A DNA stretch of 63,854 nt, filler included. It is 16 parts of 16 records of this genome, joined end to end, with 100 filler letters (N's around TTAATTAATTAA, not from the genome) between each part and the next. Parts side by side here need not be neighbours in the genome. Positions count along the whole stretch, not along the records: positions 1 to 3,300 come from SRR7504441_19381; positions 3,401 to 7,528 come from SRR7504441_19382; positions 7,629 to 11,725 come from SRR7504441_19411; positions 11,826 to 16,640 come from SRR7504441_19442; 12 more parts are not named here. The stretch is one strand, 5' to 3'. The notes beneath the pieces are model-generated. The model made no database searches and was not told where the DNA came from. It saw nothing but the letters and a program-made list of their open reading frames with translations. A program made the translations under genes and the position numbers. Positions 1 through 11,871 of this stretch are shown one piece after another; position 1 is the stretch's first letter, and the number at the start of each line of letters is the position of its first letter.

Positions 1-100
1 GCCAGCAAGAGCGACGCACGGGGCCCCATGGCTCGTCAAGATCGTGAACGAGTCAGTCAGCTGCCGTTGACTTGTAACGGAACGGCAAATCTCTCTCAGC

Positions 101-3100
101 ATGTTGTGCCTGTGGCTGCTTGCTATCGGAGCCGCGGCCGGGTCGATGGTGGATCCACCGATCAGCTCCGGGCAGCCGCCGCTCTACCTGGACGGCAACT
201 GGATTGCCCGAGCCGATTCGGGGCTCCAGATGGCCGCGCGAGTGCCGGGGGACGTCATCACTGACCTGGAACGGGCGGGCCTGGTGAAAGACCCCTACTG
301 GAACACCAGCTGGAGGGATCCCGGGCTCATCTCGATCTGGAACCAGCCCTGGAGCTACAGCAAGAGCTTCGACTGGAACCCCGGCGGCCCCAACAGCCGG
401 GCCGTGCTGGTGCTCGACGGAGTGCAGATGGGGGCGGCCGTCTACCTCAACGGCAGGCCGCTCGGGAACCTAACGGATCAGTTCCTCCGTTACCGGCTGC
501 CGGTGGAGCCGGTGAGCGGAAGGAACACGCTGACGGTTAGGTTTGACCAGTCGATTGACTGCAGCGGCCGGTTCTCTTACTCGTCTCAGATAGGTGGTTT
601 GAGCGGCGGATTCGGGGTCTTAGCCTGTGACAGATTGGGCTCCCAACATGCTCACCTTCGACCCGAACGCGCACAGCGTGGACGCGCAGCGGATCACCGG
701 CCGGGAGACCTTTAGCTTCGGGATCTGGAAGAGTGTCTACCTGCTGGCGGTGCCACAGGCCGCGATTGTCCACTTTGTGCCCCACACCTTCTACGCAGGT
801 GCGACCTACAGCCCTGCGTGCTGACACGCTGCAGGCGGGCACCCGACCTCCATCTAACGGACAGCGCTCACGCCGGGTTCGAGGTCCGGATCCGGCTGAC
901 GGTGTGGGCGCCATCTCAGACCGAGGGCACAGCAGTAGCAATACAGCTGCCCGGCCTCCCCATTGGGCAGTCCTCTGACCGCTCGCTGCCTGGAGTGACC
1001 GTTAATCGGACCGTTACCCTCGAGCCAGGCGACAACATCGTCTCTCTCAACATAACGGCAAACCTGACCAGATGGGTCCAGCTGTGGCATCCAGTCAGGA
1101 ATGGTGCACAGCCGCTGTACAATCTGACAGCTCGGGTGGGGGCGGCCTGCGCGTGGAGGTGGATAGGGTTCAGGCAGCTGGCGTTGGTGACCATTAACGA
1201 CACGGACGCCACGGAAGCATCGGCTGCGGCCGGTCAGGACGGGACGGGAGGCCATTCTATGTTCCTGAGACTGAACGGGGCGGCGGTCTATGCTCGAGGT
1301 GGGAATAAGGTTCCGATGGAGCTGCTCAACGGAAGAATGTCCGGCTTGGCCCTCGAGCGGTTGGTATCGTCCGCCGTCGAGGGCTCGATGAACATGCTGC
1401 GCGTGTGGGGTGGCGGCATTTGGGAGCCACGAGCTTTCTTCGATGCGTGCGACCAGGCTGGGCTCATGATTTATCTGGTGATTGTTAGGGCAGGGCCGGC
1501 TTGACAGCGTGGGTCAGGATATGCAGTTTACTTGGGGCTCTGTTACGGTCCCTGGGGCAGCTTCGGAGACGGTCCATCGAGAGCTTTGGCACCAGCTCCA
1601 ACGGGTTTCGCACCACCCGAGCATTGTTATCCTTGACGGCTGCAACGAGTGTGGCGGGCAAGGGTTGTACGAGAGCTTTGTGATGCCTACAGTTGCAGCC
1701 ATCGATCAGAGCAGACCGATATGGCCGAGTTGCCCGAGCGCCGGTTGGCTTGGAGGCGTCGACAGGCTGTCGAGTCGGCCGAACGGCAAGCGGTTGGTGG
1801 TCGCAACTAGCCCCCCAGGACGCCCTGCAGGCTTCCCCTACCCGCTGGAAGGACACGGTCCGTACATTGGACTAGGCGGAGGGAGCATCCAGGCTGGTCA
1901 CCTCGGCGAAGGCGCCCGCTCAGCAGACGATATCAAGAAGGCCCTGTGCAGCGCCAGCACAATGCCAGCCGCCACCCTGGCGAAGACTGGCCCACAGAAT
2001 CCAGGCTGGTTCCGTAGTGAATTTGGGTGCGTCGCCTGGAGCAGCTTTGAATCGATTTCTGCCCAGCTCCCGATCGAGCAGTGGTCGCTACGATCTGCGT
2101 CGGCGTACTTCCGCAACTGGCCTGTCGACAATGTCATCGAATCGTTCTTTGGCGCTCAAGACTTATCTGCGTGCGGCGAGCGAGCCTTCAGGAGACAGCT
2201 GTACCAGTCAATGCTTGGGCAGATGCTGTTCATGAAGACGGAAATTGAAGGCTGGAGGAGCTCGAATGTGTTTGGAACTCTCATTTGGATGTTGAACGAA
2301 ATCTGGCCCACCGGCGGTTGGGGTTCGCTTGAATACGGCGGAGACACTCCCGGCCAAGTCCGCGGTGGCAGGTGGAAGCCGCTCCACTATGCATTTGCGC
2401 AAGGCCTGTACGCCGATGTGTTTGCCAGCTGCAATCCTTCTGCGGCCTGCTTTGTCAAGAATGACTCGCCATGGCCGTTGGATGGGCTAGTGGTGATCAC
2501 CCTGCTCAATACTCTGACGGGTCGAGCAGCGCGATTGACGCAGACAGGTGTCAGCCTGCGAGCAGGAGCAGGGGTCACTTCTTGGTTTTGTGCTGTGAAC
2601 GCGACCGGAACTCAAAATGCCTCTTTGGGCTACCAAAGGCACAGCAATCAGATCCCTCCTGGTGCGTTCTCCTCGAGCATAAGCGGTCCGTTGCGTGCAT
2701 GTGAGGCGGCATGCAATGCTAGCACGACATGCTTAGGGTTTAGTGTAGTCGCAGCAAGCCAATCAACGTGCTGGCTGTATACGGACGCACCGAGGCTGGT
2801 GACAGCGCCTGGTGACGATTGGTATCAAAAGCCGCACACCGCTCCAATTCCCGGACCTCCATCACCGTGTGTGCAATGGTCAGCAGCCGCAGCATGGCAG
2901 CAAGTGGATTGCGACGGGTCCGGGACCAACTGCTTGCTCACAGTTGAAGTGGTTGAGGCCAGAAGTATGGCGGTTCTAAACGTGAATGTATTACCATTCC
3001 AGCCTCCCAAAAGCATCCAACTGCCACCTGCGTCAGTGGCGGTCAGCATTTTGGGCCGAACTGCGCAGGGAGGCGCCATGCTCTCTGTGGTAGCCAATAT

Positions 3101-3275
3101 TACTGCCCTTTATGTCACTCTCACTACAGCTGCAGCTGGACGCTTCTCACAGAACTGCTTCTTGATGCATCCAGCACGGCCAACACCGGTCGTGGAATTT
3201 CTGCCTTGGGAAGGTTTCGACGAGCAAGTATTGAAGAGTACTCTGCGTGTAGAACATTTAGCTGAGTATTTGTAG
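101..3275 (+). CDS. Secreted glycoside hydrolase family 2, beta-mannosidase-like, with a PAN/apple-like insert
   Basis: N-terminal signal peptide. GH2 mannosidase motifs ARVPGD, DWAP, GIWKSVYL, NMLRVWGGG, HHPSI..GCNE, SEFG and WMLNEIWPTGGWGSLEY. GT-AG introns 594-633, 799-834 and 1478-1517. Apparent 1-nt frameshift near 853. Confidence 0.88.
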
Positions 3276-3300
3276 ATCAGAATTGCCTGCAGCTGTAGTA

Positions 3301-3400
3301 NNNNNNNNNNNNNNNNNNNNNNNNNNNNNNNNNNNNNNNNNNNNTTAATTAATTAANNNNNNNNNNNNNNNNNNNNNNNNNNNNNNNNNNNNNNNNNNNN
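3301..3400. other. Artificial contig spacer (first of 15)
   Basis: N44-TTAATTAATTAA-N44, giving stops in all frames. The same spacer occurs at 7529-7628, 11726-11825, 16641-16740, 21579-21678, 26435-26534, 29618-29717, 34125-34224, 38780-38879, 42081-42180, 46000-46099, 49683-49782, 52951-53050, 56208-56307 and 60427-60526. Confidence 0.99.
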
Positions 3401-3456
3401 CTAATGGTACCAATGAGCCTAAAAGTACTCTAGCAGAGAAGCCAAAGTTCTATCTC

Positions 3457-4611
3457 ATGGCTTGCGAGGGTGATGTGGTGTGCGACCTCGGGAAGCCGAC
3501 TGAGCCGCCGCCCGAGATGGAGTTGCCCGACCTCGCTGCCGGTGCCCCTACTGGGACGGGTAGAAGGCTCAGCCAGTCGGCAGTCGGGCTGCCCCCTGTT
3601 CAAGAGCCCCCGGAGCCCCCGGAGCCTTGCGAGGACGGCCATGCGCCCCCGGTGGGCCCAGAGCCCGAGTTGAGGGCGGGCTGCCGGTGCGTGGGGTGGG
3701 ACCGGCTGGTTGAGCTGGGGCCAGGCTGGCTGGTTGGTATGGGCTGCTGCTGGCTGGATTCCTGGCCAATCGGATCTGGTTGGCCGGTGGGCCGGATACT
3801 GGGCTGACTATCGGCGGGCAGGTGCGTGGCTGGGCTGCCTTCAGATGGGCAAAGCAACTGGAATGCGTCTGATATGGCGGACGACATCACTAACCTGGTG
3901 CTATATGGGCTGATGCTGGCAATAGCCACAGGCATCCATCGGGCCGATCGGGTCGAATACCTCCTAAAAGATTACAAGTGGATCTGGGCGCCAGCGCTGG
4001 TGCTGGCAGTTGGACCAGCCTGGTCGGGGCTCTCTGAGCTCGACGGGGCTGGCAGCCTGTCGGATGGCAACTCCAGTGGAGACACCTCGACAGCTATTTA
4101 TGTGCTGTATGGCTTGGGAGGGCTGGCGGTGCTGGCAGGAGCGGGGTGGCACGGCTGGTTCGCGGTATCCCGATTCGGATGGTGGGAACTCGCTGGGTAC
4201 CTCGGGATGCGCCTAGCTGTTGGGCTGGTGTGGGGTGTGGCATTCATAGTGGCAAGCTCGAATGACAGTGTGATCCACGCGCACCACTGGTGGATTTGTT
4301 GGTACGTGGCGCTGTTTGCCAAATGGGACCACTGGCTGTCGGTGGTCTGCCTTTCACTGCTAATCGGCGTGTTCCTACAGGGCGTCGGTGTCTACAATTT
4401 TGACCCGCTGTGGCGAGAGTCGACCTGCTGGCGCTTTGGCACCGGTGGAGACATGTACGAGACCTCCGTCTCGCCCAACGACCCCAGCAAGGATTGGTTG
4501 GGTGTGACCAGCTTCCACTGCTCGTTTGATGCTAACCCGGCGCACGTGTGTCTTGATGGAAGTAAGACGATCTCCGATATCAGCTGCACTTGGTCTTACC
4601 CCGCAAGATGA
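3457..4611 (+). CDS. Multi-pass membrane protein of unknown function
   Basis: Two short GT-AG introns between about 3687 and 3821 join ORF 3457 to ORF 3826 in frame (AGCR-LAGWYGLLLAGFLANRIW-CVAGLPS). About 7 hydrophobic segments and a HAHHW motif. Confidence 0.65.
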
Positions 4612-4665
4612 TCACACTGCACTTGGTCTTACCCCAATATCAGCTGCACTTGGCTTACTCGCACA
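4577..4665 (+). repeat. Three imperfect direct copies of CTGCACTTGG(T)CTTAC spanning the stop codon
   Basis: atatcagctgcacttggtcttacccc / cactgcacttggtcttacccc / atatcagctgcacttggcttactc. Confidence 0.8.
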
Positions 4666-4867
4666 AGCTCACTGCGTCGAATGCGAGCTCGTTCCTACTA
4701 ACTAGTGAGTGCACGGGGGAACATGTATGTACACAAACATCTCAAGCAATGCGCTTAAGGCGGTGTAGACATTCATAATCGTCTAGACTGATTTACTAGC
4801 TATGCTAGCCTATAGGTGCACGTCAAAACACGTTAATTAACTGATTCACCCTGTAGGAATCAGTTAT

Positions 4868-7416
4868 CTAACCCATGACGTAGTGTTTCTTGAATGTCTG
4901 TTCAATAATCAGCTTGGAGTCCGTGGTCATCATGCAGCCTGAGCAGAGCTCCTGCAAGGCGGTCTGTCCTGCTTTATTCTTGACTGACCTATCTGCGCCC
5001 GCCTATCCCCCAAGCGTCAATCGCCATTTACGCACAACACAGCGCACCGTCAACAGCACTTTCACCACCTGGTCGCGGCCCCAGTGGCACGCAATATGCA
5101 GTGCGGTGCAACCATCGTCACGCACCGCGTTCAAGTCGACCCCACGGTCGCATAGGGCCTGAACCAGTAACGCATTGCCGCCCCGTGCAGCCGCATGAAG
5201 TGGGGTCTGTCGACCATAGTAATCTGTTGTCTCCAGAGAGCCTTCCATCACCTCAATGAGTGCCATTGCCACCGCAGGTGAGTCGGCCGCACAGGCCACA
5301 TGCAACGCTGTCTGCCCGTAACGATCACGCAGCATCACGTCGAGGCTTTCCTTGCCGTCGAGTGGCTGGAGGAGTGCGAATGCCACAGCCGTCGAGTTAG
5401 CATGCGCCGCCCAGTGTAGCCAACTGCACAGATGTTTCTCGTCCCTCTCCAGATCCCCCACCTGAGCTTCAGCAAACTCGGCCGCAGATGGCGGAGTGTC
5501 GCGCTTGAAGATCGAGTACACTGGATCCCTCGCACTCCGCTCAGTGGTGCTGTCTTCGTACAGCTTCCAGCATAGCTCCTCGCACTCGAATCCCATCCTG
5601 AGCCCCCACCACTCCTCGGGTCCTGAATAATTCTGGAACTCTTCCCGGGTGATCTTGCCGTCGTTGTTCGAATCCAGTGTGTCCATCCCAGCCCGGATCC
5701 GGTGTCCTCCGAACGTCACCAGCGTGGCTGGCTGCGGCACCCCATCCTTTGCCACTGGCTGGTGCAGTCGACTCGCGTGCCGGGCTCTTGCAGCAGGCCA
5801 CTCCCACAGAGGCTGGTACAGCTCCACCCAGTCCATTTGCTCCAAGCTGTCGCCGCTCCCAAGCGAGCAATAGAAGATCCGGGCCCTCTCAGTCCCGGGA
5901 CCGCTTTCACTGAACCCTCCAGATAGCAGCAACGCATCGCTCTGTGCCCAGGGGAAAGTGCCGTTTTCTGCGTCGCACACGGAAGAGGTCAGTTCAGCCC
6001 CAAATATCGGGCCGACGTCTCCAGCCAGCTTGTGCTGGCTCCAAGTGAAAACCTCTTTAGGCTCGGCCTCCGGTTCGTCCTCAGGAGGCGGCTGTGTGCC
6101 CCGTTCTAACGTCCACAGCTCACTCCCATCAAACACTTGAGCCCCAACCAGCGCACCAGCCGACCCGTCCTCCCCGGTCGCTCTAGTGTAGAACAGCCCG
6201 CCGAGCAGCATTAGCGTGCCAGTGCCCGGTCGGCAGGTGGCAGCGCACCTCGAGCGTGGGTACGGGCCCGAGCCTGGGAAAGACTCGAGCTGATCGAACC
6301 CCTCGAGCTCAGCAAGCGGGGTCTCCCCGAGCTTGTCCTCCGGTCCAAACTTGACTGAACTCTCACTGAATTCAGTCACCTTCTGCCAGACCCGACGGCT
6401 CACGTCCAGGATCCATGCATCGTTGTAAAATCCAAACAGTGAACCTGCTCCCGAGCCAACCTGTGTATGCTCGGAGCTGTCCACTCCTCCAAACAGCCAA
6501 ATCCGCTCACTGTTGTCTTGGAAGCCGACCTGCTCACGCCACTCGCCCAGTGCCGCCACAGCTGACCCACCAGCGCCTGCCCAGTCCTTGCTGAAGGCGC
6601 CTCGCCCTCGACTACCCACGGTTCGCTCCACTGTGGCTTCTCTGCACCGGCCGATGAGCCGGGCCTGCCAGCTGAATACCGGCCAGCAAGTCGAGCTCTC
6701 GCACTGTGGTGAATCCTGTGCAGCTTTCGTCCTCACCTGCGGCCCAGTCAGCTCAGCCAGCTCGCTGTCCCACCCTCAGCCGGCACAAACGCCAGCAGCC
6801 GACGAGTCATCCGCTTCGCAACCACCTGCCAGCCAGGTCAGGTGCCGCCGGCTCGATCAGTACCTTGACGCCCGAGTAGCCTGCGGCCACTTCTGCAATC
6901 ATCGCTGGGTCGGGCTGCGGTCCGCAACTCAGACTACCCGCTGTCGACAGGCCACAGACCTCCTCGGCCGCCTCGGCCTCGGCCTCGCCCTCGGGAGCCT
7001 CCGGCTCGGGCTGCTGCGCAGCAGGGTCAGCCACGCCCAGTCTGGTCAGGCTGCCTGATCGTCGATTGGGACTAGCCGCTCCAGCACCACCGCCGCGTGC
7101 CAACTGAAGTCAGCGTGGCAGCACAGCGACCAGTCGGCCGCGGACCAGTCGGCCGTGTGCACCAGCGTCTCGACCACCTGCGTCCGCTGGCCCCGGTCGC
7201 TAGCCGGCTGCGGACCTCCGTCGGTTCGTCCTCCGGGCCGGCTTGCCGGGTCACGCGCTGCTTGGAGATGCGGATGAACCCAGTCAAGTCGTCGGCTCCG
7301 TGGGTGCTGTCGAGGTCGAGCTGCAGCTGGTTGACTGGGAATACCTCGACCGAGCCAGCATGGGGCGTCCCCTGCGGTAGCCCGCGCACTGCTGGCCCCT
7401 GCTCGGCGAAGCGCAT
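4868..7416 (-). CDS. Kelch-like repeat + EF-hand + ankyrin repeat protein (spliced)
   Basis: Kelch-type LFGG, LLGG, LSGG and TFGG strands. EF-hand loop DSNNDGKITREEF. Ankyrin repeats GQTALHVAC, TPLHAAA and GCTALHIAC. Last exon AGADRSVKNKAGQTAL ends at TAG 4868-4870. The 5' exons are approximate. Confidence 0.75.
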
Positions 7417-7820
7417 TCTTGATCTATCTTGGGTCACGGATCGATATTATTATAAAACCATTCCTGGTCAGCGCGCGTGTCAACCTGTCGGTCCCAGTCC
7501 AAGGTAAAACGCCACCCCCGAATGTAATNNNNNNNNNNNNNNNNNNNNNNNNNNNNNNNNNNNNNNNNNNNNTTAATTAATTAANNNNNNNNNNNNNNNN
7601 NNNNNNNNNNNNNNNNNNNNNNNNNNNNATACGACAAGATGGCAGCTTCAGTTGCAATGCCGGCTAACAACCCAGTCCCTTAAAGTCACAACAATACGTA
7701 CCAACGTTAACAATATTTCAGCTTTTGTAAGGTGGAACTCCCAAATCGGGGCTTGCTTGATCGGAATCTGATCCGAATTCGATCTGATATACTATATACC
7801 ACTATATTTTTCAAAATTAA

Positions 7821-9975
7821 TTACCGCAACGTCACCCGGCGCTGACCAGTGTGATTGGCCATCCGATTAGATTTAGGGCTCGCCACAAGCGCGCGCTCGA
7901 GCAGCTCGATCTTGTATGCGTGCTTCCTCCGAGCGTTCTTGTGCCGGGCCACGTGCTGCTGCTCAGCTGCGACAGCCCCGCTGCCCTGCTGCTCCAGCTC
8001 TTCTATCACTTGATCGAGGTCCATCACGCTGACAGCACGTGATGGTTGCTCACAGTAATCTGGCGGGGAGCACGCAAGGGCCAGCGCGTCGTCCCTCGCC
8101 TGCCGCACGAGCCGCTCGAGCTGCCGCAGCTCTGGCGACGGCTCCCGGTTGCAGGCGAGTGCGGCCGCTATGCACCGGCGGAGGCACGTCTCAAACCTGC
8201 GAGCCGGTGAGGCACGCACCGCGGCGGGCGCACTTGCTGAGCCGGAGTCGGTCGGTCGGCCCTGCCTGGAGCCCAAAGAGCTGCTCTAGCATCCGCTGGC
8301 TGAAGTGAATACCATTATCCTGCCGGCACGCTCTCAAGGGTCCATCAAGGGTCGGGCCGGGCGCACCTCACACAGCTGCGCAAATTGTCCGGCCGCGAGC
8401 CCTGCTGGGTGTGCGCGGCTGTAGTGGTTGAACAACTGCTCCAGCGAGCTCCAGCTGCGCCCCGGCTCAGCCAAACCACTGCACGAGCCACCGGACACGC
8501 GGCGACAGCTCTGGAGAGGAGAAGCCGTCTGAAGCGAGTGAGCTGCTCCGAATCGGGCTGCAGCTCAGGCCTGGGGAGCGCGAGTAGGCCCGTCTCGCGC
8601 GCGAGGCCCGCGTCTCTCGGACGGGCGCCACCCGGCCTGTCGGCATTTAGCGGAGCACTAGGGCACACACCTGCAGGGCGGCCTGGTGGGACGGGACGGT
8701 GCGGGATGAAGTTGTACCGGGCCTGCCACCAGTTCCCGTACCGCTCGGCCTGCTCGGGCGTGCAGCCAACGCTCCGCAGCTGGGCGGTGTCCGCACTGAT
8801 CGAACCTGCGGCTAGGTTAGCATGGAGTCCATCACGGCTGGATGACCTGCAGGTGCTATCACCGACGGCGACGGCCGAAGGTCTGACTGATCCTCTAGGA
8901 CGGCCGCTATCTTGAGAAGCTCGTTCTCGCTTACAGGCTTGTTGCACTGAAGCGCTGCCAGAAACCGGCCGGGGTCTGTGAACCTAGTGTGGTCCGGGCT
9001 CGCGATCTGCCCGGGTGTAGCCGGGGGCTCAGCAGGGCTCGCCGCCACAGAGACCCGACCGGCGCTCGCGGGACGGTTGCCCGTGCTGGCCGATCGCGGC
9101 CGACCGATCGGCGTCAGCCGTTGGTCGACCATGATGGCCAACTGCCGGTCATCCGTGCGAGCCCCAATCGAGTCGGGCGGGGCACCGGCTTTCCAGGGGA
9201 ATCCAGCCCCGGGCGACTCTGACGGGGCCTCGTCGGGCAGCAGCGCGGCCTTGATGCTGTCCTGGGTCTGCTGGCTCACTGAGCCGTCCAGCCGGCTCCG
9301 GAGCAACGCAGCCTTGATGCGGTCCTGGGTCTCCTCACTCATACTGCCCATCGGGCTCTGGGCTGTCTCGTCCAGCGCAGCCTCCTGCGGTTCTTCTGGC
9401 GGACCCAGGCCGAGGTAGTCCCGGCAGGCCCGTCGGAGCTCACTGGTCGAGATCCCGCCGTCTTTATTCGCGTCGTACTCGAGCATCCGGCCGCGCTGCC
9501 CGCTCAGCCAGGCAGTGAACGGGTGGTCGGGCAGGAAGGTGCGCAGCTCGTTCACGCTGAGCACCCCGTTCTGGCAGTGCCGATCGGCCTTGCTCATGAT
9601 CCAGTCAGCCAGCCCCTCCGGTGAAGTCGGCTCGGCCTGCCGCACCACGCCCCCCGCCAGCCCATCCCGGTCCTGCGCTGCCTCCCCTGTCGGCGCTGCG
9701 ATCGGCTCCGGGGAGACCGCCGCCGGTGGCTCCAGCTCGGGGCTGGCGCCCGCCGGTGGCTCCAGTCCGAGCGAGTCTGCGGCGGCCCCGGGCGAGCTGG
9801 CCGGCCTGTGCTGCGCCGCGAGCCGCGACATGACAGAGCGGCGGGCGGTGAGATCGGCCACACTGAGTCCGCACGGGCCAGCCCCCGGCTGCCGGTCCGG
9901 CTCCGGGGCGGTCAGGACCGGGCCGCTGCGCACCTGGAGCATTCGCTTGCCCGCGCGCCGGGCCGCGAATGCCAT
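7821..9975 (-). CDS. EF-hand-containing low-complexity protein (spliced)
   Basis: EF-hand pair (NGVLSVNELR; YDANKDGGISTSEL) in ORF 8812-10134, with ATG at 9975. Downstream ORFs can be linked by short introns. The 3' end is uncertain. Confidence 0.55.
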
Positions 9976-10220
9976 TCGAGAGCTCCGGTAATGCCAGCTC
10001 TGAAAGAAAAAAAACGCTGCGTGGGTCCAGGGAGAAAGCGAGCTATCATACACTCCAGGGCTCTTCAAAGATCGACTTTGATCACAAGGGCGTCCGATCC
10101 ATAGCACTAGTGCCGCGCGGGCATGCGCGTCCATACCCTAGGCGTCACGCACACGTACGGGCTACGCACAGGCCTTCTAGACACAAAACAAGCTGTGAAA
10201 AACGCAAAACACAAGGTCGT

Positions 10221-10293
<73 letters not shown>

Positions 10294-10358
10294 CAGATAG
10301 AATCCGAGCCTCAGTCAGGCTTATATGAACCGATTGCCTGATCAGCTGGTACTCCGCG

Positions 10359-11630
10359 ATGCTGCTCCGGACCTACTCCGCGACGCCGGACGTGGCCTAC
10401 TTGCTCGGCGCCGAAGGCGAGGACCCGTCGCAGCCCGCCGCGGAGCCAGTGGCCATCGTGCCCTTCCCGGAGCGGCCCGCCGACTGGCTGGCCCAACACC
10501 GGGCGGGCGCGTGGCGATGGTGGGAGCGCACCCAGCCCGGGCGACACTGGGCCGCCCCGCTGGTCGGGCAGAGCGAGCTGGCGTTCCGAATGCTGGTGCG
10601 CCGGTACGGGGCCAGCTGCTGCTCCACTCCGATGCTAGACCCGGCCGGGTTCGCCCTGTCTGAAAGGTACCGCGCGCTCTTCCCGATGCAGGAGACTGAG
10701 CCGCACGATCGGCCGCTGATCGCCCAGTTCGGTGGCAGCAAGTCGGGCCACCTGGTAGACGCCGCGCGCCTGGCCAGGCCGCGCTGCGACGGCGTGGAGC
10801 TCAACGTGGGCTGTCCGCAGCGATGCGCGAGGAAGGGCAACTACGGGGCGTTCCTGATGCACCAGCCGGAGCTGCTCTGCCGGCTGGTTAGGGCGATGGC
10901 CGAGGGCTCCGGGTGCACTGTGTTGGTCAAGATGAGAATATTCGACGAGGTGGACCGGACAGTCGCGCTGGCCAGGCAGCTGGAGGCGGCTGGCGCGTCG
11001 GTTCTCACTGTGCACGGCCGGACTAAAGAGAAAGGCGGCGGGAAGGGGCAGAAGGGGCCGGCAGACTGGCCGACCATAAAGGCGGTTAAGGGAGCGTTGG
11101 GGATTCCTGTGGTTTCGAATGGTAATATTGATAACCTAGAGCAGGCGGAGGCTTGCCTACAGTTCACGGGATGCGACGCGGTAATGAGCGGCTGTGGGCT
11201 GCTAGCTAATCCAGCCTTATTCAGCGGCCAGCAGTGCTCCCCGGTCGAATTGTGCTTGAAATACTTGGAGCGCAGCAAGCAGTATCAACAAGAGAGGCCA
11301 GACTACCAGTGTGTTATCAAGCACTTGTTTAGTATATTAGGCAAGGGAACTCTAGCCCAGCACCAAGACGTGCGCACTGTGCTGAACAATTACCGCGGAG
11401 GGGACAGTGCCGAGCTGCGGTCGGCTTTGATGAGTATGGAATGCAAGGGGCCAGGGGTTCGGCCGGACCAGCGCCAGCACGAAGACTTGCAGCATGAATA
11501 TGACCCGTTTGGGGAGGCTGTGCATGCCGCAAGCAAACGTCCTGCTAGCTCAGACGTTGCCGTGGAAGCGGATGCAAAGAGGCCCAAACCTGATGCACCC
11601 GGAGCATCCGATGAGCATGCGAGTGCATGA
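10359..11630 (+). CDS. DUS1: tRNA-dihydrouridine synthase, DUS1-like, intronless
   Basis: APLVGQSELAFRMLVRRYG, DRPLIAQF, ELNVGCPQ (catalytic Cys), YGAFL, VKMR, TVHGR, SNGNI. Confidence 0.9.
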   Translation: MLLRTYSATPDVAYLLGAEGEDPSQPAAEPVAIVPFPERPADWLAQHRAGAWRWWERTQPGRHWAAPLVGQSELAFRMLVRRYGASCCSTPMLDPAGFALSERYRALFPMQETEPHDRPLIAQFGGSKSGHLVDAARLARPRCDGVELNVGCPQRCARKGNYGAFLMHQPELLCRLVRAMAEGSGCTVLVKMRIFDEVDRTVALARQLEAAGASVLTVHGRTKEKGGGKGQKGPADWPTIKAVKGALGIPVVSNGNIDNLEQAEACLQFTGCDAVMSGCGLLANPALFSGQQCSPVELCLKYLERSKQYQQERPDYQCVIKHLFSILGKGTLAQHQDVRTVLNNYRGGDSAELRSALMSMECKGPGVRPDQRQHEDLQHEYDPFGEAVHAASKRPASSDVAVEADAKRPKPDAPGASDEHASA

Positions 11631-11871
11631 ATCGTGTCAATCTTAATTCAGGGCTATACGAGTTCGATTTGCGGAGAATCAGTAATGTATAATGTTAGGT
11701 ACATTTATTAGAAAGTCGGGGCCCTNNNNNNNNNNNNNNNNNNNNNNNNNNNNNNNNNNNNNNNNNNNNTTAATTAATTAANNNNNNNNNNNNNNNNNNN
11801 NNNNNNNNNNNNNNNNNNNNNNNNNGAATCCACCCTGGAGTCTAGACCGTGGAGGCAACTCTGATGCTCCG

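Noticed and set aside
954-995. Possible in-frame 42-nt GC-AG intron flanked by an LPG...LPG duplication in the GH2 gene
   Set aside because: The frame is open either way, so it cannot be supported without RNA data.
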